From Trichoplax sp. H2 (Eukaryota): a DNA stretch of 64,000 nt. Of the stretch, positions 1 through 13,700 are shown one piece after another (the first letter of the stretch is position 1; each line of letters begins with the position of its first letter). Under the pieces are notes generated by a model. The model ran no database searches. It was given only the letters and a program-made list of their open reading frames with translations, and was not told the DNA's origin. The stretch spans positions 62,001 to 126,000 of the forward strand of contig NOWV01000114.1 in assembly GCA_003344405.1 (NCBI GenBank), written 5' to 3'. A program made the position numbers and the translations under genes.

Positions 1-52
1 TCCCTAGTAATGTACATTATATTTGATACTAATGATACATTTTATTTCTAAG

Positions 53-1491
53 ATGGATCTCCAGACATCATCGAGGAAGCTTTATATTTGTTCAAAGCTA
101 ACATTTGGTTTAAGAATTATGAAGTTAAGGTTAGTATGTTTCGGTTTCACGGTACAGTAGTTGCTAAGAATTGCGTACTTCGTCTATTCTTAGAATAAAA
201 CTTACTGAAATAGTTGTTACTTCTCAATCATACAACGCCATAAGCGTTGGATGGTAATAATGATACGGTTGCCATAAAACACTACAGTACAAGGAGATTG
301 CGGATCGGCTGCTGCGATATATGCTTTGTGTTATCTATTAATACAGACTAGGAAACCAATATATAAAATTATCTTCCCTGTATAGGATAAAATTTAAGCT
401 TTCTTAGTTATGACGATATAATATACTCGTATGTTAATTAATTATTCTCCAATATTTTATGTATGAGTAAGTAAGTCTATGCAGATTTAGTGGTCTTAGT
501 CAGAAAATAGCACTAGCTTCCCGGTCATTGTGTGCGAGTATAGACAGCTAGTATTCTATAATATAGTCTCTTCAGTCCCCTTAGCTGAGAATTTTACGAA
601 GTAAGGTACTGCACTGTAGCTTACCAAACTTGTCAAAATGGCCATAAGCTGAATTTTGATATTCAACGATAGAGCCATTCGTAAAGCATGGAACTATTTT
701 TATTCAAAAATTACTATCGTATTCGTGTCATGTTTGTATTTAATATGTACACTTATTATTTAGAGCGATGCAGATAGAACTTTGATATACCTGACTCTTT
801 ATATATCTGAATGTCTTAAAAAATTGCAGAAGGTAAATTGAGATAAGGCGTGCTTTAACAGCGTCTTCATTTCTAATAATTTTGATGAGCTATTACGTGT
901 AATTGGGTCGTGATTGCATTTTATATGCTTTGTCTTTTATTAGTGTCCAACAAAAAATGCTGGTACTAAGGAATTATATACAGAAGCGTTAACCAATGTT
1001 GTTATACCAGGCGAGGCTGGATTCCCTCTTAGTTCTTTGTATCAGAAGCCCTCAAAATCAGACGGTGGTACTGCTGCATACATTAGCGATAAATTACCTA
1101 ACATCGAATAAATAGAACTGAATATTAACTACATACGAATATACGAAGAGTCACATTTATTTTACGTCATATTATTGCTTACAATTTGGATGACACTCAA
1201 ACTTACATTTATTTAAAAATGTTATCATTACTAATTTCTAATAGATTTAATGAGACTATATTTCACTCAATTACGTCAAGAGCTTGGTGTTCGTTTATTG
1301 GAAAAGGTCTACTGTGAACCTGATGGCAAGCCTAGCAAGGTATTTATACTTATATGAGAACTGATAAACCATTACGCAATGAAACTAGATATGGAAAATT
1401 GAATGTCATTCATATTGCTCGAATGTAATTCTAGTGGTGGATGTGTTTTTCCCGAAAGAAATTTATGGACAAGCGACTGGGGCAACCTTAA
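53..1491 (+). CDS. ARPC3: Arp2/3 complex subunit 3 (p21-Arc); 5' end lies outside the window; exons ~53-129, 764-832, 944-1067, 1245-1339, 1435-1491
   Basis: Spliced translation DIIEEALYLFKANIWFKNYEVK / SDADRTLIYLTLYISECLKKLQK / ...IPGEAGFPL... / MRLYFTQLRQELGVRLLEKVY...PSK / WWMCFSRKKFMDKRL matches hallmark ARPC3 motifs. Boundaries are GT-AG. Confidence 0.95.
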
Positions 1492-3323
1492 TTTAAGTTT
1501 TTAGAATGCCAGAAGCTACTTCAGCTACAAATAGAATCTTAACAGTTGTTATGAATTGTCTAAATAGTAGCATGACTATTTTGTATTGTACTTTATCAGT
1601 AGCCCTTAAAAATATCAGCGTACTTGATCTTGAATTGTGCATATCTACTGTTGAACGACCTTCAGCGGCTATTTTTGTTGTGCGACTCAGTAAACGTGTG
1701 AATACAATTTATGCATATTTTTGAATTCAAATTTGTCACTGTTGTACTCTAGATCAATAAAGTATATGAAATACAATTGCTGATGGTTTTTTAGGGCCAA
1801 GCTTAGAGTCTATTTATTCTGTCATTACTGAGACCAAGCGATTATTCTTGGGAATATCATCTATTACTATTTTAGAAAGTAGTTTTGACAATGATGCAGT
1901 GTGGAAGTTGGTATAAGAATAGTGTCACAAAGCTACAGCCTGAAAATATTTATCGTTGGATCCTACCTAACGTTAGGCATTTAATCAATATGCGATAAAT
2001 GGATTGTGACATGCATCACATTATCACAAATTCTACGCACAGTAAACACGGCAGCATCTTTAACATAAATAATCTTATGGATATGGTACCAACAAGTAGA
2101 ACGAATTTAAGAAAACTTTAAAACTTTTTACTCAGTGTACAAGTGCACTGTATGCCATAGCGTTACCTGTATTGCCAATTTACAAAATGCTGTACTAATA
2201 AAAATTGAGCATATAGTTTTATTCTAATTTGAATTTCAAGACGTTATTCTTACTAATGTAGAGAGTGAAGTCGAAGGAATAACGGCGCCAAATTAAATAG
2301 TTGAGATCAACACATAAAATACCTTGTTTCTAACCCGAAATTAGTCAAGTGCAACCCCAGTATTGTAGGAACGCGTTGATTGACACGTTAGAAGATAAGA
2401 ACTAACATTATGTGATACAAAAATTTTTCTTTAATAAAGTAGATAAACTCTTGATAAAATGTTCAATTCAATTAAATTATTATATATTATCGCTATGATA
2501 ATAATTCTTATTCTTAATCTCTTTATAGTTCATAGTATATTACTAATCTTCTCAATTTATTTTCAAACATTAATCAAATACAAGATGTATGTATCAGCAT
2601 AGGAAAGACATAGTGAAATGATTATTTTATAGTTGTGGCAAACAGCTACCCGAATGTAAGGGATCACATGGTACTTACAAGCAATTTTTAATACAAAGCA
2701 TTTATATATGTACGTACACTGTATAGATGCACGTATACGTATCGTGCTATACTTGTAGAACAAACATCTCTAAATCTCCACGTATGTATCTACTAGCATT
2801 GTCAAAAACGTTGCAAAGGAAATTTCTCGACTAACATGAAATACGTGACACGACATACATTGACAGTGTAAGTTAACATATTCTTCCTGCATTTATCAAT
2901 AGTAGTTTTATAATACTTTAAAAGAATTTAACATGTTTCGCAATTATATTGAATACGTAAAGTTACTAGACTTTAGAAATAGAGAAAATTTTTAATTATT
3001 CCTAGAGTATCGCGTAAAAGTGTTTTAAAAATAATCTTACTTATCAACCGTACAGTTCATACCTTCGGTCGGTATTCACGGTATTGTATTAGTCGTCACA
3101 ATAAGTTAAAACGATCTGATGAGGGTGAATACTACCGGATATGTCCCATATTTAGACAATGTACTATGGATTTTAGCAATGAAGTACAGTAGTATCGTGT
3201 ACAGTAATATGCGTATCAAGAAGGTCCTCAAACTGAGTTAAAGTAAGACGAAAAGAGGCTTTTAAATAAGACTACTACTGATACGTCCGTAACTAAGGAG
3301 AACATCATTCAATATTCAACGAT

Positions 3324-5191
3324 ATGGACGAAATTGGTAATATTGATTATTCAGGAAGATAGAACCTAAATTCTATGTGCCAAAAAATCCGTATTTTGTT
3401 ATAATCAAAACTCTAATGCATGCCATAACCTGCTACTGTAGCTGATCCACTTTATAATCCGAACCGTTACGGACCAAGTAAGAAAATAATAGCGGATTCT
3501 CTGGAATTACTGGTAGAAGAACACAAAATTTTCATGCAAGAGGGGAGACAGGGTTTGCGACCTATGTTTTTCAAGACGGATAAGATAGCAGGTAATTCAG
3601 ATTTTATGTTTTCTAATAGTTAATTCTTACTACTGTGTCTGTATGCCGCAATGACTGCTTACCAACTATTTATGATTCTTAAGTACAGTATGATATTTAT
3701 CCATTCGATAACTAAAATATCGAATATTGGAGATAAAATAGTAAACTATTCATTAAGTACTGCATGGAAGAGCTGTCTTTACTTTCATACTTTTTTAAAA
3801 TATTATTTTATGCATCTTCCATAGAAATTGTCTTCACTCTATGCGACTTTTTCGTTGTGGAAGAGATTGTACGCTATGCAACAATAGAAATCTTCAATAG
3901 GTAAAAGAGATCCATTTATGTCCTTTAGTGTCAGTATGTAAGCTACAGTAATTACAATTTTTTTATTCTTACAAGGTTTGAGATTGAGCACATTCGCAGT
4001 GCTTTTATCTATTTTAGATCAGAATACAAGCAGATTACTGATTTAAAAAGACGATGGTATGAAGTTGAAAAAATAATTGTATATCAACTGCCCTTGCGAA
4101 TCCTAACTTGTTTGCAGATATGTGCGAAAATATACGCAAGCAACAACAATGTAAGTTTGAGTGAAACTATTTCACCGTATTTACCGAATGGTAGAGAGAT
4201 GGCTAACTATACTGCATCAGTCCTTCATGACTACAGCATTGCATGTACTCATTGTACTGTATTATATCACTGACGACTATCTATTTATTAAAATCAATTT
4301 TAAATATCTATTAAATACAACAGAAAAATCAAATTACAGTGAACGAAATAAAAAATCTCTTGGATCGAATAACGGGAAATAGTCATGCCTCTAATATAAT
4401 TTTAGATTCAGAAGTATACGTTTTAGAAACACTACAGTACGATTTAGGTGTAATTATGCCATATACTTTTGTCGAAACTTTACTAGAAGCTCTAGGTAGG
4501 ACTTGAGTACATGTAAATACAAACCGGATGAAAGTTAATATCATGTTCCTATATTTTTATGAGATTAGTAGATACAGGGAACATTACACAACTGCTTCTT
4601 AAAATAATAAGTAGCTCTGTGAAAATTAAGTCTTTAAATTTATCCTGACTCCTGATTCCTCATGGTTGATACTAGTACTCTTATGCTACATTTCACAGGT
4701 TTCGATCTACAAGAAACCAAGATTCAAGCTCTTCACAAACCTTGTGTAGCTTTGTTAGACATAACATACATGAGGCATACTCAAATATATGAAAGAATAA
4801 ATCGTGAATTTTATGCGAATAATCCTAAGAAAGTTCTCACTGATCTAAGCAAAATGATCATTAAGTACGACTATAAACTTCTTGCAGTGGCAATTGTGAC
4901 GTCAGCAAGTTTCGTTGTTGCAGGAAATGAAAATAAGAGTTTTCCTTTCAAGGTCAGAGCAATGACATTAAGCGATTATTTATAGTGCTGATTGATCAAC
5001 TGCAGTAGTACAAACGTTATGAACCAAAAGAAATGATTGATCAAAATACTTCAAATACTGTACTTTAATAAACAATTTTACAGGTTATCGACAAACTTAG
5101 CAACTGGTCATCTATTGCATTCTCAGATATCCAGAAATTCACATTTGGTATTCTTGAAATAATTAAAGGTGATTATAGTAAAGTAAAATGA
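3324..5191 (+). CDS. CNTD1: Cyclin N-terminal domain-containing protein 1 (meiotic crossover factor, COSA-1/CNTD1 family); about 7 exons
   Basis: Exons translate to EIVFTLCDFFVVEEIVRYATIEIFNRF, LPLRILTCLQICAK, ILDSEVYVLETLQYDLGVIMPYTFVETLLEALG and DYKLLAVAIV, matching CNTD1 cyclin-box motifs. The start codon (3324) is inferred from a short ATG exon that splices in frame. Confidence 0.85.
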
Positions 5192-6062
5192 AAGGTTATA
5201 TCATATGAGACAGTGTATAAGTTTAACTGTAAGCTTTACTTTTGGATCCGTACACCTTTACAGTGAATAAATTGTTACTTTGTAGATTAAGGAACAACTT
5301 AATACGCATCATCTGCGTAAATCTAATAAATGTCGTAACGTCTGTTTAAAATACCATTGTTTTAAGCGCGTGTGTAATAATAATCAATTATAATCAATTT
5401 ATTGCAATTTAATAAATAACATGTCAATTATCCTTTAAGTCTTATTTGGGACTAAATGTAAATATATGTTATGAATTGTAATCTAAAAATAAAGTACTAT
5501 TGTGTTGTAAAAGAATGTGCATACACATGAAAATTTAGTAATCCACAACGTACAGTGTGACATTGTTATCTTAAATATAGAATCATTTCTAAAATGTTAT
5601 ATCGAAAAGTTATTATCGTAAATCAGTTTATACTATAGTTTTCGTTTTGTTGAAAAGATACTGTATTATTATATTAACGAAGTACAATTTTGATCCTGAA
5701 AGATAAAGAATCTTAATTTATAGCAAAATACCACAAAAACATTAATGTTAGATATACGAGTGTATATTCTCTTTACGAGAGTCACCCTTCAAATTAAAAT
5801 AGCGACTAAATAACATATACTTATCGTGCCGCATCTGAACTCCATTTCTGTTGCATCGCTTAATAACGTAAAATGTTCTTAAAGTAGTTTTTATACTGTG
5901 ACATCCCATAGTTCATTAAAAGCAATGGTTTACGGTTCAATTTATGGATTGTTTAATGGGAGCCAACTTATCACCCATAATTGTAATCCTGTATCAGACG
6001 CACATTTTCTGTACTAAATTCTATGCAAACCATTAGTACCAATCGATAGCGAACTCAACCAG

Positions 6063-6914
6063 CTACAAATTAGCTGGTGGTGAAGGAGGGAGGTTCGAAT
6101 CTCTCTGATTCCATAATAACATATTAATCACTTCGTTAATATAAAAGTCTATACATTACTATATATTAAATTTTAATAAAATTGTATTCTATGGCCAGAT
6201 ATTATTCAATCAACTTACATTGGAATTATTTTGCTTGTGGCTATTATGAAGGCTTGATGGTCTATAACGTTTATATTATACTTTTCAATTACATGTAGAC
6301 ACAACTATGTTTATTATATTTTAAGGTAACTAAACAAAGTTTACATCTACGAACCTGGCGAGATATAATAAAACTGCCATGATTATCCAAGCGGTAATTA
6401 GAATTAGGGGAAGAGGGGTTTCGTTACTGGATTGTAAATCTACAGCTACAAAAACAAGTTAAGACTCAAACACTAACAACGATAAATCAAAAATGGTAAT
6501 GAATAGACAAAGAAGCTAAATGCTAGTACTGTTTACAGACAGGATTAATAGCTATGATTTAGCAGCACACTTACAATCCTGGAAACATTGTGTATCCGTA
6601 CAATGGGTTTGAGAATTTCTTATCTGAAGTAATAAACAATTGTAATTATGATTATTCATTGCAGCAAAAATCGAATTCGTGTTAATTTATCTGATAACTG
6701 ATCCATCCAATTTCATTAGTTAATTGCTTGATATTCATCAGTAATTTCATATTATAGCGTTCAATTTCTACTAAAACACAATACTATGCTGCACTTATTT
6801 TCTGATGACATGTCCCATTTATCGATGGTCTTTACTTACCAATGAAATAAGCCTTCTCATCGCTCCTTCCTGGTCAAATACGCATTCGCAAGGATCATAA
6901 TTAGGATTTGCCAT
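6063..6914 (-). CDS. SMIM14: Small integral membrane protein 14 (C4orf34 family); 5 coding exons, absent from the ORF track
   Basis: Minus-strand exons give MANPNYDPCECVFDQEGAMRRLISL / IRNSQTHCTDTQCFQD / ...PLILITAWIIMAVLLYLAR / PSSL... / RDSNLPPSPPANL*. This matches the DPCEC...AMRRLI.L.R.SQ..CTDT.C signature, the TM segment and the Pro-rich tail. Confidence 0.92.
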
Positions 6915-8090
6915 CTTGCACTTCTAATTTAGCGTCTGGAATCACTTTTCTGGACACAACAGCGACAAAATGGAAGACGACAATGAAAAACCGCAGTGTA
7001 AAGTTACAGCATTTTAAAGCAGGTAGAGGTAGACAGCAGGAATTAAAAATGCATATATGAACGTATACTATTACTCGCTTATGTCAGCGAAGTTTCATTG
7101 CGATGCAGTAAAATTGCGGCTAAACTTTATAAAGTGTTTACTGTTAATTAAAAAAATATGTTGTACAGTAATTTCTACAAACCGGTAACAATTGTTACTA
7201 AAAACTTAACGGCATGCAGTCTGTATTTCCAAATTTTAATTAAGATCAAGCACGCCTCTTTAAAATATTTTCATCACTATACAGTACTAGTTATTCTTTA
7301 CAACCAAAACATCGTAAGTTCATTATATACGCTTAATTATAATTATCAGTAATTGCTTATTGACTGGACTAGCTTTATAAACTTGGATGGCCTATGTAAT
7401 ACGACTAGAAAAGTCTCGCAGATAAGCCATAATTAATTATTATGACTAGCATTATACCAATGTTAGCCTCTATTTCCGTAATGTCCATCAGTACTTACTC
7501 AGTCGGGAGTTTACAGCAACTAGTAATAATTGCCTAGTGAGATCACGCAAAAGGTATTGCTATTCATGTAATACTATGTACGAGTATGCTGTACTGAGCT
7601 TGTCGTTGGTAAATAAATAAAGAACAGTCGGATCATATCTAATATACTGTACAGTCAGTCATAAGAGAATATATCTATAGTTTGCAGTATGATGCCATCT
7701 GTTTTACTACGATAGATGTAACAATTTACCACACTTCATTTTATAGGAAAAATAAATTATGTGAAAACGCAACAATCACTTTCCGGTAAATTCTCTCAAA
7801 TCCCGAAACACATTCCCTTGTTACAGTGTTAATTGTAAATGCGCTTGTAAACAACTACTCAACTCCTAGTTATTTATATTTATATTCAATAAATTTTGAT
7901 TTTAAAGGAAAAATATTTATCAATACTGCAGTGCTAGTTTTCTCCTCAGGTTGTGAAATTTCAGTAACATTCAAAAGACGAGCAGCGTATGATAAAAAAA
8001 TTTTATTATGGCCACTTACTGTACTTCCGAGGTTCGAGTTACGATAGAATAAATCCACCCACTCGGAAGTCGTAAAGCTCATTTATACGT

Positions 8091-8202
8091 TACAGTACTG
8101 CCAGAGAATTCAGGAAGTCCCTGGTACAGTACTGTACAGTACAGTATACCGTACTGTACAGTACCGTACCAGGGACTTCCTGAATTCTCTGGCAGTACTG
8201 TA
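8091..8202. repeat. 112-bp near-perfect palindrome (56-bp arms, 2 mismatches)
   Basis: tacagtactgccagagaattcaggaagtccctggtac... pairs with ...gtaccagggacttcctgaattctctggcagtactgta. The centre is at 8146/8147. Confidence 0.95.
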
Positions 8203-8625
8203 CTGTACTGTATATTATGTACTGTATGACATACTGTAGTACAGTACTGTACTGTACAGTACAGTATGACAATCTGTTGTTAAAACTGTACAGTACTAAG
8301 ACTGAAAGATTTTCTTCTCTTTTTCCTACTGTGTACAGTACACTGTACTGTACAGTACTGTACATTCTGTAGTCTGCACTGTAATAAAAGGTGCCTGGGA
8401 CTACAGTACAGTACGGTAGTACTGTACAGTACAGTTGTACAGTACAATGTACTGTACAGTACTGTAGTTCCGTTATTCCGCTGTGCATTGTACAATGTAC
8501 TGTACAGTACTGTACTGTACAGTACAGTACAGTACATTTTGTAGTCTGCACTGTACAGTACTGTACAGTACTGTACAGTACTACAGTACTGGAGTTATAT
8601 TTTTATGTACTGTACAGTACAGTAG
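8091..8625. repeat. Dense (ACAGT/ACTGT)n pentamer microsatellite array between divergent SMIM14 and SPRING1
   Basis: Runs of tacag/ctgta in both orientations with many TACTGTACAGTA palindromes. The array ends about 130 bp before the SPRING1 ATG (8752). Confidence 0.95.
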
Positions 8626-8751
8626 TTGTTTGGCGAACGATGTTGTATTAATACTTGATCTAGTATTTACGGTTTAAGACTTAGCGAGCTAGTTTATAAA
8701 CAACACAAAACTTGTGAAGATATTAGTCTTCACGAATAACTAATTCCTTTA

Positions 8752-10512
8752 ATGTATTCTTACTTAACGCGTTATGCACGCAGTTGTTATCGTCGTCGTA
8801 TTTTATTTTCGTTTATTCTTTTAACGTTTACTGCATTATCATTGCTATTTTTACCGTTAAGAAAGGTAAGGTGCTTCAAGATAAAAGTTCTACATTTTCC
8901 CTTAATTTCTTTATAATGCTATATTATTAACTTAACATGTTGCAAATATATACTAATTATAATTATGAGCTGCAACTTGGCTATATATAGTACTGTAATC
9001 ATCTTAAAGTCCTAATACAAATATTCTAAGTTAAAAACTGTCAAACTTTCATGCACAGCAATGAATATCAAATGATCTATGCTTATTTTTGGGGCTTATT
9101 TTGTTTAATCTGAATTATTGGTGCTAAGAATTGCTATGGAACAACGTTTAACAATTTAGGACAATAGAAATCAACTAAACAAATATCAAAAACCGTCAAC
9201 AATTGTGACAGTTCCTGCTTCAAACAGATTTCTGAGGCCATCCACATTCTTGCCTAACGAACCTCACATACGTTCGTTAAAAGGAGGTAAATCCTTGCAC
9301 AAACCTTATCCAAGTAAAATCAAGTGTCTAAATACGAGACAGGGGAGAGATTTAGTTGCTGACGATCAAGGCAAGTGTTGTTATGTATTTTTAAGGATAT
9401 TGAAATATAATTGATCGGTTTATTGCTTAGGTGTGGAATACTACTATAAATTATTCAATGTTCAACGTTTATTATTTACAGTTAAACATTTCTTTAAAAG
9501 TTGTACGAGTTAAATTAGATTATGCCAAATATGATTACTAATAGTAGTAAAACTAAAACTAATAAAGTAAATATTGTTTACCTGTTTTACATCTAGGTTT
9601 AATCTGTAATCGTTCTCGATTACTAAATAATGGATGTTGTGGCAAGATAACTTTAAAGAGAAATTTCGGAAGCGCTTGCCACACCTGCAACAGTAATCGT
9701 TGCTGTGATCAATACGAATTCTGTGTTTCCTGTTGTCAATATCGGAAAGAAGTAAGAGCGTACAAAGCATATCGTACATGTTACATGGCGTATATTCTTA
9801 CATAAATTATTTTTTAGCAATGACGATTTTAAGAACAAAATACTATGCGGTGCTTATATGCAAATCTTACCTAAAAATGATAATACTATATAATAAGAGT
9901 GATAGTATAGTAAAGATGTGACTTTAAATACATCGTGCAGTTCGCACGCAATGTTGTACTGAATCTGTAGACGTTGGAATTGTGAGCTGTAAAGTAAAGA
10001 TAGAAATACTTTCCTGCATAAAATAGCTCGCTTACTAAACTTTGAAAGGCAAGCATTTGTTTATTTTAATTCTAGGTAATTAAATCTCGTTTGTACGAAT
10101 ATACGAATATAAACATCTAACATTATCATTGTACCTAACCGACATAATATGATATAGCATAATCGGAATGCTCGCGATTATAATTTAGTATCGAGTGTAT
10201 CATTGAAATTAAACTAATACTGTCTATTTTAGGCCTTAGACCTGAAAGAAATAATCCGTAATTCACCTGACGGAATCCAACAACTTCTTACCTCGGCAAA
10301 GACCCGCTTCGAGTTTTGTTTAATCCAGTGTAGAACATCTTCACGTGTAATTTGCATTTACATGGTTTCATCTAATACTGTTTATAATATCGTAGCTGTC
10401 CCTTACCTAATTTACTTTTTCTACCGAATAGAGCGTTCATCACGAAAATAGTTACAGGGATTCTACATTTCGTTTTTGTTACGGAGCGGAAGCAGCAGAA
10501 TTAACCTCTTAA
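8752..10512 (+). CDS. SPRING1: SREBP-regulating gene protein (C12orf49/UPF0454), Cys-rich type II membrane protein; exons 8752-8865, 9160-9370, 9597-9751, 10233-10346, 10432-10512
   Basis: N-terminal RRR plus hydrophobic anchor (ILFSFILLTFTALSLLFL), followed by CLNTRQGRDLVADDQGLICNRSRLLNNGCC...CHTCNSNRCCDQYEFCVSCC, FEFCLIQCRTSSRSVHHENSYRD and FCYG, matching the family's Cys pattern. Intron 2 requires a GC donor. Confidence 0.93.
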
Positions 10513-10759
10513 AAAAAATAGAGTTAACTTTTAAAACCGTCAGATTTCAGTTATCCACGTAATGAATCTAAATAGAATCTACTTGGAGTAGTGGTACTAC
10601 CAGTAGATTATATCAACTTCATTTACATACACGAACAAAAGTAAGAAGACGATGTCAAAATTAGTAGATGCAGTATTATTATCATATACCAATATTATAA
10701 ACCGATTATCTCGATCTCTGATTTATTAACTTATGGTTGCATGAAAGTAAGACATAAAA

Positions 10760-13700
10760 ATGAATACGGATAGGCAAGTAATTGAGGACACCGATAGTAC
10801 TTATGCAAAGCTAAAGCTCAATATAACTGATGACTTACTCGCATCATCATCACCCTGGCATGAGGTTGGTACTTTTTTAGACTGGTAACTCTAATAAACG
10901 TATACATGATCCTACAGTATCAATAACTAATAAAATGCTGTTTAATTATTATTAATCGAACGATTCTTTTCGTAGATATTTAGGGCAGCCAGTGATGATT
11001 TGAGGGAAATACTGACTGAAGAAGCATTTCATAAAATTATTCAATTTGCTGCTTCTGATCTATTAGGATTTAATTTTACTCATCATGTAACCTCGTGGCA
11101 AAATTACCGCGTAAGATACTCAATTCCTCTTACATTTAAATTAACCAATGCTATGTAGCGTGATGATACTGTACACAATCTCACGAAAGCATCAAAGTTG
11201 ATAGCGTTTATAAAATAACTTATACTATTAGCCGGATGAAAATACAAGTCTGCAGAAGAAATTTAATAATTAAATAGTATGGTGCTACTTTACTGTAAAA
11301 AATTGCAACTAAATAATTCAATAAAATAAAGTAAATAAGCGAAAAATGAATCCATTTATTGCACTTACAGGGTTCGACTGCAAGCTGTAATGTAAATTCT
11401 AATAGACTTGAAACTGAACATTGGTTAAAGAAAAAATTACAAACAATATTTGAAAAGCGAAGAATAAACCTTGCTAGTCCTATTAATGGAATGCAAGAAT
11501 CTGAAGCTTTTCTTAATTATACCATTAGAACTTGTGTTAACAGAATTAACCAGTATATCAGTTCATTAAGTAATCAGGACATGCCAATGAAGCGAGATAT
11601 AACCAAGTGTAAGTTAAATTTAATATTTACTTTCTTACATTTAAAGTCAATTAAAATCAAAAATTTTACCACCCGATACGAGTATTAGGTGGACCAGTAC
11701 CATACTCGTTATATGAGTTTTTATTTTATTAACAATACAGTCAGAGTAAGTGATGTCGTGCCTCCAATAATACTTCCAGTGAGAACGTGTGTATTTAGTC
11801 AAGAAAGTGAAACTATGGGCAGCATTTTGGCCAATATGATAGAAATAGATTTTGATTTTACAAAGGAAGTATGCAATCATCTTAATGGCTACCTACTACC
11901 GAAAAGTTTAAGACAGAAGCTCTTAATAAATGTACTACTCAATGAATCGCTATTAAACGAAAATAATTATGGTAAGTGCTTTTCAATTTGCTTATTTACT
12001 GTCGAATATGAAGAAGCCAATCTTCATATATTCCCGTCAGCTATGTATTATTTTTGAGATTTTAAATTACATACTTATACACGTATATTTATTCAGATGT
12101 GAGCCCTAAGACCTTGCTGCAAAAGCACCAAACTGCTTTTAAGGCATCTATCGAGCGTGAAATTAAAACATTTTTTGACGGCTCCCTGATTGGATCATCA
12201 ATTGCCGGACTTTTACGTCAGAATATAAGCGGGGTAATCCAGTGATATTTCAGTGATGTGATATATAAAGATTCATTAGAATTGAGAAAATCGAACTCAA
12301 TTACCGATGCTTATTTCTTCTACTGATTACAAATTAACTAGTTTGTTGTAGTAACTTTAAAATGGCGTATTTATTTTATTGTAGGTTATAGCACAGTCAC
12401 CTGCTATACGTGATAATTCCACCGAAAGGCGAGAAAGGATATTATTTGAAGTTCTGAGTATCGTCTACGCACATAATAAAACTTATGAACCGCAATACAT
12501 TTACAATTTGTATCCATTAATAATAACATATGAAGACGCTTATTCTTCGATTGACGGTAATTTCTGGAAGCTATTGCATACCATCACAGTTTATGTGATA
12601 CGTGCACGGACCGCGTAAATTTTATGCCCATTTAAGTTAATACCCGTAGCATTAAATTTTTTTATTTTAAATTTTTTAGAGTTGACCATGTTTTTAGCCC
12701 TGGTGTTCGCTGTGCTTTGGCCATATTGTTTCCCAATTATAGCTGAAATTCATGAAGCCACTGAAAGAGTTTTGGCTAAATTATTTTCAGAAGATAAGCC
12801 TTTAATGTCACATATATCAAATATTGCAAATATGGAAAATATAAAGGTAAAAGATAGCACGGAATGAAAGCAGTCAAAATTTAAATTTTACTCTAATTTG
12901 TCTATTTAAGCAATCGATCCTACGGAAATAATATTGATTCTTAACGAAACTGATCTTGCTCCATTTTTATCGTTACGTTACGATTGCAAGGATCTTCCAC
13001 TAGAGCTAATGTCTGGAGAACTAAAAATTAACTTTAACTTCGATGAAATTTGCACCGATAGTTTACATAATTCTTCAAGCCAGATGTCCTTATTTAAGTA
13101 TCTTATTCGCAAATGGATGGTAGAAATGTTCACAGGAATTCTTAACTTACCCAGTGTAATGTTCGTTCTTGATCAGTTACTTATGAATAAATTCAAGGCT
13201 GTCGTATTAGAAGACGTTAGTTTATCGTTAATTATGCTTTTACGTGAAGACTTAATGCAGTGTAAGGGCCATGCTGCGTTACTGAGGGTAAAGTTATTCT
13301 TTACAATACTGTAAAGATTCAATAGGCACAGTAAATACTGTATACTAGTGCATGATTATTCATGGTGTAATCATCATAACTACTTTAAGAAAATCTATTA
13401 CGTTGTCTCATGTTTATAATTACTTCAATAACATTTTTGGTTAGACCATGATACAAAAACCATGCAAGCTGTATACGACTGATATACAAGACGCTGTGGC
13501 AGCACTTCGTAGCGGTCAGCCTTTGTTTCAATCGGTTATCAACCATCTTAATAGAAAGTATGATAATTCAAATATTGAATATCAACCTGAGCTTTCGTTA
13601 AGAATTTCTCTAAAGTTCCAAATATACTTTTGTGATATCAGGCTTTGATTATTATATTGTAATTGTAGTGCATGGCTGTCTTATTCTGAAAAATCTACGG

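Noticed and set aside
1506-2763. Small ORFs at 1506-1724 and 2563-2763 (also 7158, 7826, 27357, 32809)
   Set aside because: They are short, AT-rich, lack motifs and lie in UTR or intergenic DNA, consistent with chance.
6058-6106. GGTTCGAATC (T-loop/B-box-like) next to an 8-bp hairpin, suggesting a tRNA
   Set aside because: The T-stem pairs poorly and I could build no cloverleaf. The sequence is the antisense strand of the last SMIM14 exon.
8091-8625. Possible CRISPR-like repeat-spacer array
   Set aside because: There is no constant-length repeat with unique spacers and no cas genes. It is a degenerate microsatellite in a eukaryotic genome.
8090-8677. Overlapping ORFs rich in TVLYC/YSTVQ (also at 19268-19823, 52718-53028 and 58355-59064)
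   Set aside because: These are translations of the ACAGT/ACTGT pentamer, which has few stop codons. They have no protein-like content.
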